DNA of 64,000 nt from Pirellulales bacterium (GTDB taxonomy: Bacteria; Planctomycetota; Planctomycetia; Pirellulales; PALSA-1355): the NCBI GenBank assembly GCA_963733035.1, contig CAVTBU010000004.1, positions 64,001 through 128,000 of the forward strand, read 5' to 3'. The notes beneath the pieces are model-generated. The model saw only the letters and a list, made by a program, of their open reading frames with translations. It made no database searches and was not told where the DNA came from. The position numbers and the translations under genes were made by a program. Below are positions 49,192 to 59,592 of the stretch, one piece after another. How positions within the stretch are numbered: the stretch's first letter is position 1; each line of letters starts with the position of its first letter.

Positions 49192-51165
49192 ATGAAGCGG
49201 TATGCCTTGCTGTGGGGCCTGCTGGCCGGATGGGTCGCCGGTGCCGCAATGGCCGCCGAGCCGGCAGTTGTTACACCAGGCGATAACCTGGTGGCGGAGG
49301 GCATTCCGCCGATTCCCGAGTCGCTGGCTGAAAGGGCAGGCCGCTACACCGAGTTTCGCTCGGCGGCGCTTTTCAGTTGGCATCCGCGCGAGCGCGCCAT
49401 TCTCATCGGCACCCGGTTCGGCGATACGCAACAGGTGCACCATGTAGCCATGCCCGGCGGCGAGCGGAAACAACTGACGTTCTTCGCCGACCGCGTCGGT
49501 GGCGCGTCTTACCATCCCCACGTGGGCGACTACTTTCTCTTCGGCAAAGACGCCGGCGGCAGCGAGTTCTATCAGTTCTATCGCTACGATCTCGACAGTG
49601 GTCAGTCGGCGTTGCTGACCGACGGCAAGTCGCGCAACACAGGCGCCCGGTGGTCGAACGCCGGCGATCAAATTGTCTACGGTTCGACGCGTCGCACGGG
49701 GGCCGATGTCGACTTCTACACGATGAACCCAACCGATCCGCGCGAGTCGAACAGGTTGCTCACCGAAAACCCCGGCGGTGGTTGGTTTGTCGCCGACTGG
49801 TCGCCCGACGACAAGCGGCTGCTGGTGGGCGAGTACGTGTCGATCAACGAAAGTTACGTCTGGCTGGTCACAGTTGCCGACGGAACAAAATCGCTCGTGA
49901 CGCCCAAAGGAAGCGACGAAAAGATCGCGTACGAGCCGATTGCTTTCAGCACGGACGGCAAGGGCATTTACGTCACGACCGATCGCGACTCGGAGTTCAT
50001 GCGTCTGACGTACATCGACCTGGAAAGCGGCAAGCAGACCTGCCTGGTTGAAGATATTCCCTGGGATGTCGAGTCGGCCGCCCTCTCGCACGACGGCAAA
50101 CGAATTGCCCTGGTGACCAACGAGAACGGCATCAGCAAGCTGCATCTGTTCGACACCCAGTCGCGCAAGCGATCGCCGGTCGAGGGAGTGCCGGTCGGAG
50201 TGATCGGCGGTTTGGATTGGCACGAAAACAATCGCGACCTGGGGTTCGTCGTCGCCTCGGCGCGGGCCACGGCCGACGTATACTCGCTCGACGCCGACTC
50301 GGGCCAGGTCGAACGCTGGACCTACAGCGAGACAGGTGGGCTCAATGCCGAAACGTTCTCCGAGCCCGACGTTGTTACCTGGAAGAGCTTCGACGATCGT
50401 CGAATCTCCGGCTTTCTGTACCGGCCGCCAGCCCGGTTCAAGGGGCCGCGTCCGGTGATCGTTGTCATTCACGGTGGCCCGGAAGGCCAGGCTCGTCCCG
50501 GGTTCTTATCGCGAAACAACTACTTTCTCAACGAGCTGGGGATTGCGCGAATCTATCCCAATGTGCGCGGCTCGGCCGGCTATGGCAAATCATTCCTCAA
50601 GCTCGACAACGGGTTTCTGCGCGAAGGAACCTACCGCGACATCAATGCACTGTTCGATTGGATCGGCACGCAACAGGACCTCGACGCCGATCGAATCATG
50701 GTCACCGGCGGCAGCTACGGCGGTCACATGACCCTGGCCGTGGCAGTTCTCTATAGCAATCGCATTCGCTGTGCGCTCGACGTCGTGGGTATCTCGAACC
50801 TGGTCACGTTCCTCGAACGCACTGAAAGTTATCGCCGCGATTTACGCCGCGTCGAATACGGCGACGAACGCGACGCCAAGATGCGGGCTTTTCTGGAAAG
50901 GATTGCCCCCCTAAATCATGCCGACGAAATCAAGAAGCCGTTGTTCGTCGTGCAAGGCAAGAACGACCCCCGCGTACCGCTCAGCGAATCGGAGCAGATT
51001 GTCGAAACGCTGCACAAAAATAAGACTCCCGTCTGGTATTTGATGGCCAAGGACGAAGGCCATGGATTTGCCAAGAAGCAGAACGCCGACTTTCAGTTTT
51101 ATGCCACGATCCTGTTCGTGGAGAAATATCTGCTAAGCGTCCCGCTCACCAGCGTCCAGCGCTGA
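49192..51165 (+). CDS. S9 family (prolyl oligopeptidase-like) peptidase
   Basis: Beta-propeller region plus HGGPE, GGSYGG, NDPRVP and DEGHGF motifs. Confidence 0.93.
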   Translation: MKRYALLWGLLAGWVAGAAMAAEPAVVTPGDNLVAEGIPPIPESLAERAGRYTEFRSAALFSWHPRERAILIGTRFGDTQQVHHVAMPGGERKQLTFFADRVGGASYHPHVGDYFLFGKDAGGSEFYQFYRYDLDSGQSALLTDGKSRNTGARWSNAGDQIVYGSTRRTGADVDFYTMNPTDPRESNRLLTENPGGGWFVADWSPDDKRLLVGEYVSINESYVWLVTVADGTKSLVTPKGSDEKIAYEPIAFSTDGKGIYVTTDRDSEFMRLTYIDLESGKQTCLVEDIPWDVESAALSHDGKRIALVTNENGISKLHLFDTQSRKRSPVEGVPVGVIGGLDWHENNRDLGFVVASARATADVYSLDADSGQVERWTYSETGGLNAETFSEPDVVTWKSFDDRRISGFLYRPPARFKGPRPVIVVIHGGPEGQARPGFLSRNNYFLNELGIARIYPNVRGSAGYGKSFLKLDNGFLREGTYRDINALFDWIGTQQDLDADRIMVTGGSYGGHMTLAVAVLYSNRIRCALDVVGISNLVTFLERTESYRRDLRRVEYGDERDAKMRAFLERIAPLNHADEIKKPLFVVQGKNDPRVPLSESEQIVETLHKNKTPVWYLMAKDEGHGFAKKQNADFQFYATILFVEKYLLSVPLTSVQR

Positions 51166-51210
51166 ATGTCGAACCATTCCCCGCCCAACCAACCCTCAGG
51201 AGGTCCCGCC

Positions 51211-52533
51211 ATGTCGACTCCCGATCGTCGCGAGTTCTTGAAGCTAACTGCCACCAGCGCGGCCATCGCAGGCGCCACGGCCCTGGTCACCGCGCCTCGA
51301 GCTTTCGGCGCCAACGACCGATTGAAAGTGGGCGTCATTGGCCCGGGCGGAATGGGAAGTAATCACGTCAAACTGCTCAGCCAGAACAAGCAGGTGGACG
51401 TGGCTTGGGTTTGCGATGTCGACGAGATTCGCCGCGGCAAGGCCGCCGAGACGGTACAGAAACTCAGCGGACGGCCGCCCAAGGCGGTCAAGGACCTGCG
51501 CGAAGTGCTGGACGACAAAAGCGTCGACGCCGTGTGGATCGCGACGCCCGACCACTGGCACGGCCCTGCCACGATCCTGGCCTGCGACGCCGGTAAGCAC
51601 GTCTACGTGGAGAAGCCCTGCTCGCACAACATTCGCGAGGGCCGGCTGATGATCGAAGCCGCCCGTCGCAATAACCGCGTGGTGCAAGTCGGCACGCAAA
51701 CCCGCAGCACGGCGGCCGTGCGCGAGGCCATCGAAAAGCTGAACAACGGCGTGATCGGCGACGTGCTGGTTTCAAAAGCCTGGAACAGCCAGCGTCGCGG
51801 CTCGATCGGACACACCGAGCCGAGCGACCCGCCCTCGACGCTCGATTTTGATTTATGGGTCGGGCCAGCGCCGATGGTGCCGTATCGTACGAATCTGCTG
51901 CCGAGCATCTGGCGGTGGTGGTACGCGTTTGGAGCTGGCGACATGGGCAACGACGGTGTACATGAAATCGACGTTGCCCAGTGGGGGTTGGGAGTCGACA
52001 CGCATCCCTCGTCGATTTCCGCGCTGGGTAGCAAGTTCTTTTTCGACGACGACCAGCAATTCCCGGACACGCAATATTGCGTATTCGAGTACCCCGGCGA
52101 CGGCAAGATCGGCCACAAACGGCAACTGATTTTTGAGCAGCGCATCTGGTCTCCCTACGTGCAAGAGGGTTGGGAAAACGGCAACGCGTTCTATGGCACC
52201 GAGGGTATGATGATCCTGGGCAAGAAGGGAGGCTATAAGATCTTTGGCCCCCGCAACAAGCTCATCGAAGAAGTGACTTTCGACGGGCCCGACCTGCCGG
52301 CTCATCACGCCAATTTCATCGAGTGCGTCAAAACCGGTGCCAAGCCCAACGCGGAGATCGCAATCAACCACCTGTCGACGACGCTCTGCCACCTGGGCAA
52401 CATCGCCACGCGGGTGTGCGCGACGCTCGAGTTCGACCCTCAAACCGAACGGATCACCAACAGTTCGGACGGTGCGGCCCTGGTGAGGCGGCAATATCGC
52501 GACGGCCACTGGGCCGTTCCCGGCGGGGTGTAA
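51211..52533 (+). CDS. Tat-exported Gfo/Idh/MocA oxidoreductase
   Basis: DRREFLK Tat motif; IATPDHWH, VYVEKP and GVHEID motifs. Confidence 0.93.
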   Translation: MSTPDRREFLKLTATSAAIAGATALVTAPRAFGANDRLKVGVIGPGGMGSNHVKLLSQNKQVDVAWVCDVDEIRRGKAAETVQKLSGRPPKAVKDLREVLDDKSVDAVWIATPDHWHGPATILACDAGKHVYVEKPCSHNIREGRLMIEAARRNNRVVQVGTQTRSTAAVREAIEKLNNGVIGDVLVSKAWNSQRRGSIGHTEPSDPPSTLDFDLWVGPAPMVPYRTNLLPSIWRWWYAFGAGDMGNDGVHEIDVAQWGLGVDTHPSSISALGSKFFFDDDQQFPDTQYCVFEYPGDGKIGHKRQLIFEQRIWSPYVQEGWENGNAFYGTEGMMILGKKGGYKIFGPRNKLIEEVTFDGPDLPAHHANFIECVKTGAKPNAEIAINHLSTTLCHLGNIATRVCATLEFDPQTERITNSSDGAALVRRQYRDGHWAVPGGV

Positions 52534-52629
52534 GCCGAGCCGTGGCCGGTTATTATGGGGGTTTGGCAGTCGGCGGGTCGCGTTGCCCGCCGGGCACGAT
52601 TCGTTCACTTTCCGCGAGAGAGGCTTGGG

Positions 52630-53676
52630 ATGGGGTTCGTTAGAAAGTCTGTGTTGGTCGCCCTGGCGATAGCCGTTTCGGCGTCGTGGGCATCGGCCGA
52701 GGGGCCGGCGAAATACGTGATTCAAGTCAGCGTCGACGGGCTAGGATCGAGTTACTTGCAGGCCCTGCTCGATCGAAACGAACTCCCCACGTTCAAGCGG
52801 TTGCAGGCCGAAGGCGCCTACACGCACAACGCGCGGACCGATTGGGACTTCACGATCACGCTCCCCAATCACACCAGCATGGTCACCGGGCGGCCTGTGC
52901 GCGATAAGGCCGCCACGCCCAATGCAATCGCCGGGCATCAGTGGACCATCAATACGGACCCCGGCGAAAAGACGCTGCACAGCAACCGTCACGACTACGT
53001 GGCCAGCGCCTTTGACGTGGCCCACGACCATGGCTTGCGAACCGGCATGTTCGCGTCCAAGAGCAAGTTCTCGCTCTACGACCAGTCGTACGACGCGCGC
53101 AATGGAGCCCCCGACCAAACCGGCGAGGACAATGGCCGCGATAAGATCGACGTCTACGTTCGGGAAGGCTGCGAGCAGATGACCGACGACTTCATCGAGC
53201 AGATGAAAGCCGATCCATTCAATTACGTCTTCCTGCACTTTGCCGACACCGATTCGGCCGGCCATTCCAAAAAATGGGGCAGCCCCGAGTACAACGAGGC
53301 CTTGCGGAAGATCGACGGCCTGCTCGGCAAAATCCTCGCGATGATTGATTCCGACGAGCGTTTCCGGGGGAAGACGGCACTCATCTTGTCGGCCGACCAT
53401 GGCGGAATCGACTTCAACCACGGGTTCAACACAAACCCAATCAACTACACTATTCCGTTCTATGTGTGGGGTGCGGGCGTCAAACACACAAACGACCTCT
53501 ACAAACTGAATACGTCGTCACGCGTTGATCCCGGCAGCGGGCGACCCGACTATCTGGAACGGACGAGCCAGCCAATTCGCAATGGCGACGGTGGAAACCT
53601 GGCCCTGAAGCTGTTAGGGCTGGGTCCGATTCCCGACTCGACGATCAACGCGTCGCAGGATCTGAACGTCCAATAG
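52630..53676 (+). CDS. Alkaline phosphatase superfamily (nucleotide pyrophosphatase-like) protein
   Basis: SVDGL, TLPNHTSM.TG, D.AGH and SADHGG motifs. Confidence 0.9.
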   Translation: MGFVRKSVLVALAIAVSASWASAEGPAKYVIQVSVDGLGSSYLQALLDRNELPTFKRLQAEGAYTHNARTDWDFTITLPNHTSMVTGRPVRDKAATPNAIAGHQWTINTDPGEKTLHSNRHDYVASAFDVAHDHGLRTGMFASKSKFSLYDQSYDARNGAPDQTGEDNGRDKIDVYVREGCEQMTDDFIEQMKADPFNYVFLHFADTDSAGHSKKWGSPEYNEALRKIDGLLGKILAMIDSDERFRGKTALILSADHGGIDFNHGFNTNPINYTIPFYVWGAGVKHTNDLYKLNTSSRVDPGSGRPDYLERTSQPIRNGDGGNLALKLLGLGPIPDSTINASQDLNVQ

Positions 53677-53689
53677 TGAGAAGTGCACG

Positions 53690-55111
53690 ATGCTCCGAGC
53701 GAACATTCTGCTCGCCCTTGCCGCCGGCGTGATCGGTCTCCAAGTTGCGACCGTCGTCAGTCGAGCCGACGAGCCGGTCTATTTTCGCCACGACTTTGGA
53801 CTGGCCGACGACGACAGCCGCGCCCTTCCCGAGGAACTCGACCCCCAGAAAGCGCTCTGGCGGCAGCCGGTGCCGCAGGGACATTCCACGCCCACGCTGG
53901 TCGGCGAGCGGATTTTTTTGACCGGTCACGACGGCAACGAATTGCTGACACTCTGCCTCGATCGGGCCAGCGGCCAGGAGCTGTGGCGCCAGGGCATCAC
54001 GGTCGATCATCTCGAAAAGTATCACCGCGAAGGGAGCCCCGCAGCCGCCACCGTGGCCTATCAAGACGGTCGCGTGTTCGCCTTCTTTGGCAGCTACGGC
54101 CTCTTGTGCTACGACCTCAACGGCAAACTGCTGTGGTCGAAACCGATGGGCCCGTTCCGCGACGAGTTCGGTTCGGCCAGCTCGCCGATTCTTGTTGACG
54201 GCAAAGTGATCCTTTGCGAAGACCACGACCTGGATAGCTTTCTGATTGCCATCCGCCAGGACAACGGCGAAACCGTCTGGCAAACACAGCGCGAGGGATT
54301 TACTCGCAGCTATGCCACGCCCGTGGTGTGGGACGTGAATGGGCGGCGGCAACTCGTGGTCGCCGGGTCTCTGCAGTTGGTCGGATACGACATCGCCACC
54401 GGTCGTCAGCTTTGGTCGCGCGACGGCTTTGCCCGAATTGTCAACACGACGCCGACGGTCGGCGATGAAACTTTGTATGTCGCCACCTGGTCGCCCGGCG
54501 GCGACACCGACGCGCGGATTGCCATGGAGCCCTGGGACGTCGCGCTGGGCATGTGGGATGCCAACAAGAACGGGCGGCTCGAGAACGCGGAGCTACCAGC
54601 CGGCGAGGTGCAGTCGCGGTTTTTTCGGATCGACCTCAATAGCGATCAGGCACTCGATCAGGCCGAATGGGAAAAGTACGCCGCGATTTTCGAACGGGCG
54701 CAAAATACGATGATAGCTCTCAAGCCGGACTCGAGCGGCGGACCGCCGCAAGTTGCCTGGCAGTACAATCGCGGCCTGCCCTACGTTGCCAGCCCACTGG
54801 TCTATCACGATCAGATCGTGCTGGTGAAAGACGGCGGCATCGTCACGGTTCTCAACGCCGACGATGGCGAATTGATCAAGCAGGCTCGCAGCCCCGGACA
54901 AGGAAGCTACTACGCCTCACCCGTGGCCGGCGACGGAAAAATGTACGTGGCCAGCGGTGGCGGCGTGCTGACCGTGTTCAAACCGGGCAAACAGCTTGAG
55001 CGGCTGTCGTCGCACGACTTTGGCGAGCGAATCGCGGCGACTCCGGTGATCGCCGATGGCCGAATCTATCTGCGTACCGCCAAGGCGCTGTATTGCTTTG
55101 GAGCCCGATAA
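53690..55111 (+). CDS. PQQ-like beta-propeller protein with an EF-hand-like insertion
   Basis: Repeated G...W units and SP motifs; DANKNGRLENAE and DLNSDQALDQAE. Confidence 0.85.
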   Translation: MLRANILLALAAGVIGLQVATVVSRADEPVYFRHDFGLADDDSRALPEELDPQKALWRQPVPQGHSTPTLVGERIFLTGHDGNELLTLCLDRASGQELWRQGITVDHLEKYHREGSPAAATVAYQDGRVFAFFGSYGLLCYDLNGKLLWSKPMGPFRDEFGSASSPILVDGKVILCEDHDLDSFLIAIRQDNGETVWQTQREGFTRSYATPVVWDVNGRRQLVVAGSLQLVGYDIATGRQLWSRDGFARIVNTTPTVGDETLYVATWSPGGDTDARIAMEPWDVALGMWDANKNGRLENAELPAGEVQSRFFRIDLNSDQALDQAEWEKYAAIFERAQNTMIALKPDSSGGPPQVAWQYNRGLPYVASPLVYHDQIVLVKDGGIVTVLNADDGELIKQARSPGQGSYYASPVAGDGKMYVASGGGVLTVFKPGKQLERLSSHDFGERIAATPVIADGRIYLRTAKALYCFGAR

Positions 55112-55113
55112 CG

Positions 55114-56057
55114 ATGCGCGTGCATTTGATTCTCGCGGCGTTATGTGTTGGCCTCTTGTCGGCGTGGGTTATTGCCGCTGAAAGCCGGCGACCCGAGAAT
55201 GACGAACAGCTGCGCTATTGGCTCACCAACATGGTGGCCTACCATCGCTTCACACCGGACGAAGTTCACGCCGCCACAGGCCTCGCCCTGCCGGAGGTCG
55301 ACGCGGCACTCAAACGCTTTGACATCATCGCCGGCACAGTTCCCCCGCGCTAATGGATGCTCCCCTGCTGGTGCTCCCCTACCCTGGCGGCCGGCATCCG
55401 CGAATCGGTTTTCTGGAAGGGGCCATCGACCCGCAGCGCGAGACCAAGATCAGCGTGTTCACGCCATGGCCCAATGGTGGCTATGTCGTGGCCGACATTC
55501 CCGAGGCGATCTGGTCGAACCTGGGGCTGACGTATCTGGCACATACGCACGTGCCGACGATCTGGACCAAACAGAACGTGGCGCTCGACAAGCTCGAATG
55601 GATGCGCCACGCCGACGGCACGCTGTCGTTCGAGCGCACGCTTCCAAACGGCATTCGCTTTGGAACGAAGGTCATGCCCGAGCCGAACGCCGTGCGCATG
55701 GAAATGTGGCTGACCAACGGAACCGATGCGCCGCTGAGTGACTTGCGCGTGCAGAACTGCGTGATGCTCAAAGCAGCGCGTGGCTTCGCGGCCCAGACGA
55801 ACGATAACAAGATCTTCGAGTCCCCCTACACGGCCTGCCGCTCGGCCGATGGCACACATTGGGTGATCAGCGCCTGGGAGCCGTGCCAGCGGGCCTGGGG
55901 AAACGACCGCTGCCCTTGCCTTCACTCCGATCCGCAATTTCCGGATTGCCCGCCGGGCGAATCCCGCCGGCTGCGCGGCTGGCTCTCGTTCTACCAGGGG
56001 ACCGACATCGAGGGCGAATTCCGCCGCATCGACACGCTCGGCTGGCGGGCCGACTGA
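55114..56057 (+). CDS. Secreted hypothetical protein; apparent frameshift near 55348
   Basis: A signal-peptide ORF abuts ORF 55353..56057 (PYPGGRHPRIGF...CPCLHSDP). Confidence 0.7.
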
Positions 56058-56150
56058 TTTTGGTGAACCACCGCCGGGCCAGACGTATCTCTCTTGCCAG
56101 TATTTGGATATACTGTCGCATTCGTTTCGAAAGCCGACCACAAACCGACC

Positions 56151-57157
56151 ATGATTCGCGTCGCCATCATCGGAGCCACGGGCTACACGGCCCTCGAACT
56201 GATCAAGATCCTGCTGCGGCATCCCGGCGTGGAAATCACCACGTTGACCAGCCGTAGCGAGGGCAGTCCGCACGTTGCTAGCGTCCATCCACAGTTGGCG
56301 GGCCGGATCGATTTGCAGATGGCCGACCTGGGGCCGGCGGAAATTGGCTCGCGGGCCGACGTGGCCTTTAGTTGTCTTCCGCACGGCGTAACCGCGGCGC
56401 TGGTGCCGAAACTGCTCGACACGGGCACGAAAGTCGTCGACCTGAGCGCCGACTATCGGCTGGACGACCCCGAGGTCTATGCCCTGTGGTACGGTCAAAA
56501 ACATGCCGACGCGGAGCGACTGGCCAGCACCGTCTATGGGTTGCCAGAGTTGTTCCGCGAGCGAATTCGTGAAGCCCGCCTGGTGGCGAACCCGGGCTGT
56601 TATCCAACCTCGGCGATCTTGCCGCTGGCGCCGTTTCTCAAAGCCGGGCTCATCGATCCGCGCTCGATCATCATTGATGCCAAGAGCGGTGTCTCCGGCG
56701 CCGGACGCTCCCCCAAGCTGACGACGCACTTTCCCGAGTGCAACGAAAGCATCTCGGCCTACAACGTCGGTCGACATCGGCATACGCCGGAAATCGAACA
56801 AATTCTTTCGACGGCGAGCGGCGAGACGGTGGAAGTGGTTTTCACGCCGCATCTGGTGCCGATGGATCGCGGCATCCTGTCGACAACCTACTCGCAACCG
56901 ATCGGTGAAATCACCGAAGAGCAAGCCCTCGATGCGCTCCGCAAATTTTACGTCGATGAACCGTTCGTACGCGTGGTGAACCATTTGCCGGGAACGAAGG
57001 ACACAGTGGGCACGAATTTCTGCGACATCACGGCTCGCGTCGTGCGCGGGCGGCTACTGACGATCAGTTGCATCGACAATCTGATCAAAGGCGCTCGGGC
57101 GCGGCCGTGCAGAACTTCAACCTGATGTACGGGTTTGGCGAAACGACGGCATTGTGA
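56151..57157 (+). CDS. argC: N-acetyl-gamma-glutamyl-phosphate reductase; apparent frameshift near 57093
   Basis: GATGY, CLPHG, DLSADYR, ANPGCY, SGVSGAG and HRH.PEI motifs; one added base restores DNLIKGASGAAVQN. Confidence 0.95.
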
Positions 57158-57242
57158 CGGCCGGTTGACTTCCCGGGTCGCAAGCACAGCTCGCTCGAGT
57201 TGCCATACCTTTAAAACATTCACCAGTTTGGAACCGAAGCCG

Positions 57243-58436
57243 ATGACCGTTGCCGTTCCCCAGGGATTTCGCGTCGCCGGTGTGTACGCCGGGATCAAGC
57301 GAAACACGTCGAAGCTGGACATCTCGCTGGTCGTGTCCGACCGCCCGGCCGTCGCTGCCGGCGTCTACACGCAAAACCGAGTGTTCGCCGCTCCGGTGGC
57401 GCTCGACCGCGCGCGCACGCCGGCTTGTGACATTCGCGCGGTCGTGATCAACTCCGGCAACGCCAATGCCTGCACGGGCGAGCGCGGCATGCGCGACGCT
57501 GAAACCATGGCGAACGCGGCCGCTGGCGCATGCGGCGCCGATGGAAAACAGGCCCTCGTGCTGAGCACCGGCATCATCGGCGCCTTCCTGCCGATGGAGA
57601 AGATTCTGCCGGGCATCGAGCAGGCCGCGCAAGGACTCGGCACGGACGAAACGGCGCTCGTGAATGCGGCCCGGGGAATGCTGACTACCGATACGGTCCA
57701 CAAGCTGGCCGGCCGGACGCTGAAGCTGGCCGGTCGTACGGTGCGGATTTGCGGCATGGCCAAGGGCGCCGCGATGATCGGTCCGAACATGGCCACCATG
57801 CTGGGAGTCGTACTAACCGATGCGCCGCTGGAAGTGGATGCTGCCCAGCAGCTGCTGCGCGAGGTCACCAACGCCACGTTCAATTGCATCAGCGTGGATG
57901 GCCATATGAGCACCAACGACACAGTGCTGTTGCTGGCCAACGGCGCGGCGGGTGGCGCACCTCTGGCAGGCGAAGATTTCACCGCGTTCGCCCGGGCCTT
58001 GCAAGAAACCTGCAGTGAGTTGGCCCGCTCCATCCCGGCCGACGGCGAAGGGGCGACGCACTTGATCATGCTCGACGTGGAGGGCTGCACGACGCCCGAC
58101 GCGGCTCGCCAGATTGCCCGCACGGTGGCCGATAGCGCCCTGGTCAAAACGGCCGTGGCCGGGGCCGATCCGAATTGGGGACGCATCGTTTCGGCGGCCG
58201 GCTATGCCGGTATCGAGTTCGACCCCTCGGGAGTCGACCTGTCGATCAACGGGTTCTCGCTCTACCAACGCGGAGCCCCGGTCGAAGTCGACGCCGAGCG
58301 TGTCTCGAAGTCGATCCGCGACAATCGCGACACGCAAATTGTGTTGCGGTTCTCCGAGGGTCAGGCCAATGTGCGGTTCTGGACGACCGATTTGACGACC
58401 GAATACGTACGGCTCAACGCGGACTATCACACATGA
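57243..58436 (+). CDS. argJ: Ornithine acetyltransferase / N-acetylglutamate synthase
   Basis: NSGNANACTG, STG.IG, MLTTDT, KGAAMIGPNMATM, DGEGAT and DPNWGR motifs. Confidence 0.96.
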   Translation: MTVAVPQGFRVAGVYAGIKRNTSKLDISLVVSDRPAVAAGVYTQNRVFAAPVALDRARTPACDIRAVVINSGNANACTGERGMRDAETMANAAAGACGADGKQALVLSTGIIGAFLPMEKILPGIEQAAQGLGTDETALVNAARGMLTTDTVHKLAGRTLKLAGRTVRICGMAKGAAMIGPNMATMLGVVLTDAPLEVDAAQQLLREVTNATFNCISVDGHMSTNDTVLLLANGAAGGAPLAGEDFTAFARALQETCSELARSIPADGEGATHLIMLDVEGCTTPDAARQIARTVADSALVKTAVAGADPNWGRIVSAAGYAGIEFDPSGVDLSINGFSLYQRGAPVEVDAERVSKSIRDNRDTQIVLRFSEGQANVRFWTTDLTTEYVRLNADYHT

Positions 58437-59430
58437 GTGTCTCGCTCCGGCGAGTTCGCGCGGCGCAGTCGTGCTGGCGACATTGATCGTGGCCGCAGTG
58501 GTCGGCTATCGCATGACCGGACGGGACTGGCTCGATGCGGTCTACATGGTCATGATTACCATCTCGACGGTGGGATTTGGCGAAACCAGTTCCCTTTCTT
58601 CCACCGAGCAGGTGCTCACCATTGGGGTGATCGTGCTCGGCATCTCGGCCGCGGTTTTTACGCTGGGAGGATTCATCCAAATGACGATGGAAGGCGAAAT
58701 CGAACGATCGCTCCAATTGGGACGGACCACACGCGCCATCGAAAAGCTCTCGGGCCATGTGATCCTCTGTGGCTATGGGCGGATCGGCCAGATATTAGCT
58801 CGCGAGCTGACCGCTAAGAAGCAACCGTTCGTCGTGATCGACAACAACGCCGAAGTGATCGCCGACGCCCAAAACTCCGGGTATCTCGTCCTGCTGGGCG
58901 ACGCCACCGACGAGTCGATGCTCGTGGCGGCCGGAGTCCAGCGGTCTCGCACCGTCGTGACGGCTTTGCCGAGCGATGCGGCCAACGTGTTCATCACGCT
59001 CACAGCGCGCAATCTGAATCATTCGCTGCAAATCATTGCCCGCGGCGAACAGCAATCGACGGAAAAAAAGCTCTTGCAGGCCGGTGCAAATCGCGTCGTG
59101 CTGCCCGCAGCCATCGGTGCCATGCGGATGGCCGCGATGGTCACTCGACCCTCGACGATCGAGTTGATGGAGCTCGTGGCCGGGCAAAGCACGCTCGACG
59201 TGGAAGTCGATGAAATCCAGGTTGTCGTCGGCAGTCCGCTCGTCGGAAAAACACTCGGTGACGCCCGACTGCGGAGCGCGGGGGGACTGCTGGTAGTCGC
59301 CGTCAAACTGGCCGCCGGCGGAATGATCTTCAATCCTGGTACGGAACTCAGTTTCTCGGCAGGTGATACGCTGATTGTGCTGGGCAAGCTTGACGATATC
59401 GACCGCTTTCGCCGCGAACACGGGCTCTGA
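58433..59430 (+). CDS. Two-TM potassium channel with RCK (TrkA-N/C) domains; apparent frameshift near 58463
   Basis: Filter TISTVGFGE, ILCGYGRIG, GDAT and a TrkA-C domain; ATG overlaps the argJ stop. Confidence 0.9.
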
Positions 59431-59592
59431 TTGGCTCCGGGCGTGGCCGTCGGAGGACTTCTCTGGCACTTGACAGCCACGTGTCGTTAGGGGGAAATGG
59501 GACGTAGCGGCGATGGTTCGGAATTCGGCCGCCAGGCAGTCTGTACCCGCGGCTAACCCACCTGGTTTCGTTCCCTCCTCCAAAGGCGTGGC

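Noticed and set aside
889..56984. Long antisense or shadow ORFs (e.g. 889..2052, 39124..40428, 49144..50472, 55350..56984)
   Set aside because: They overlap well-supported genes on the opposite strand, show no motifs, and are expected at high GC.
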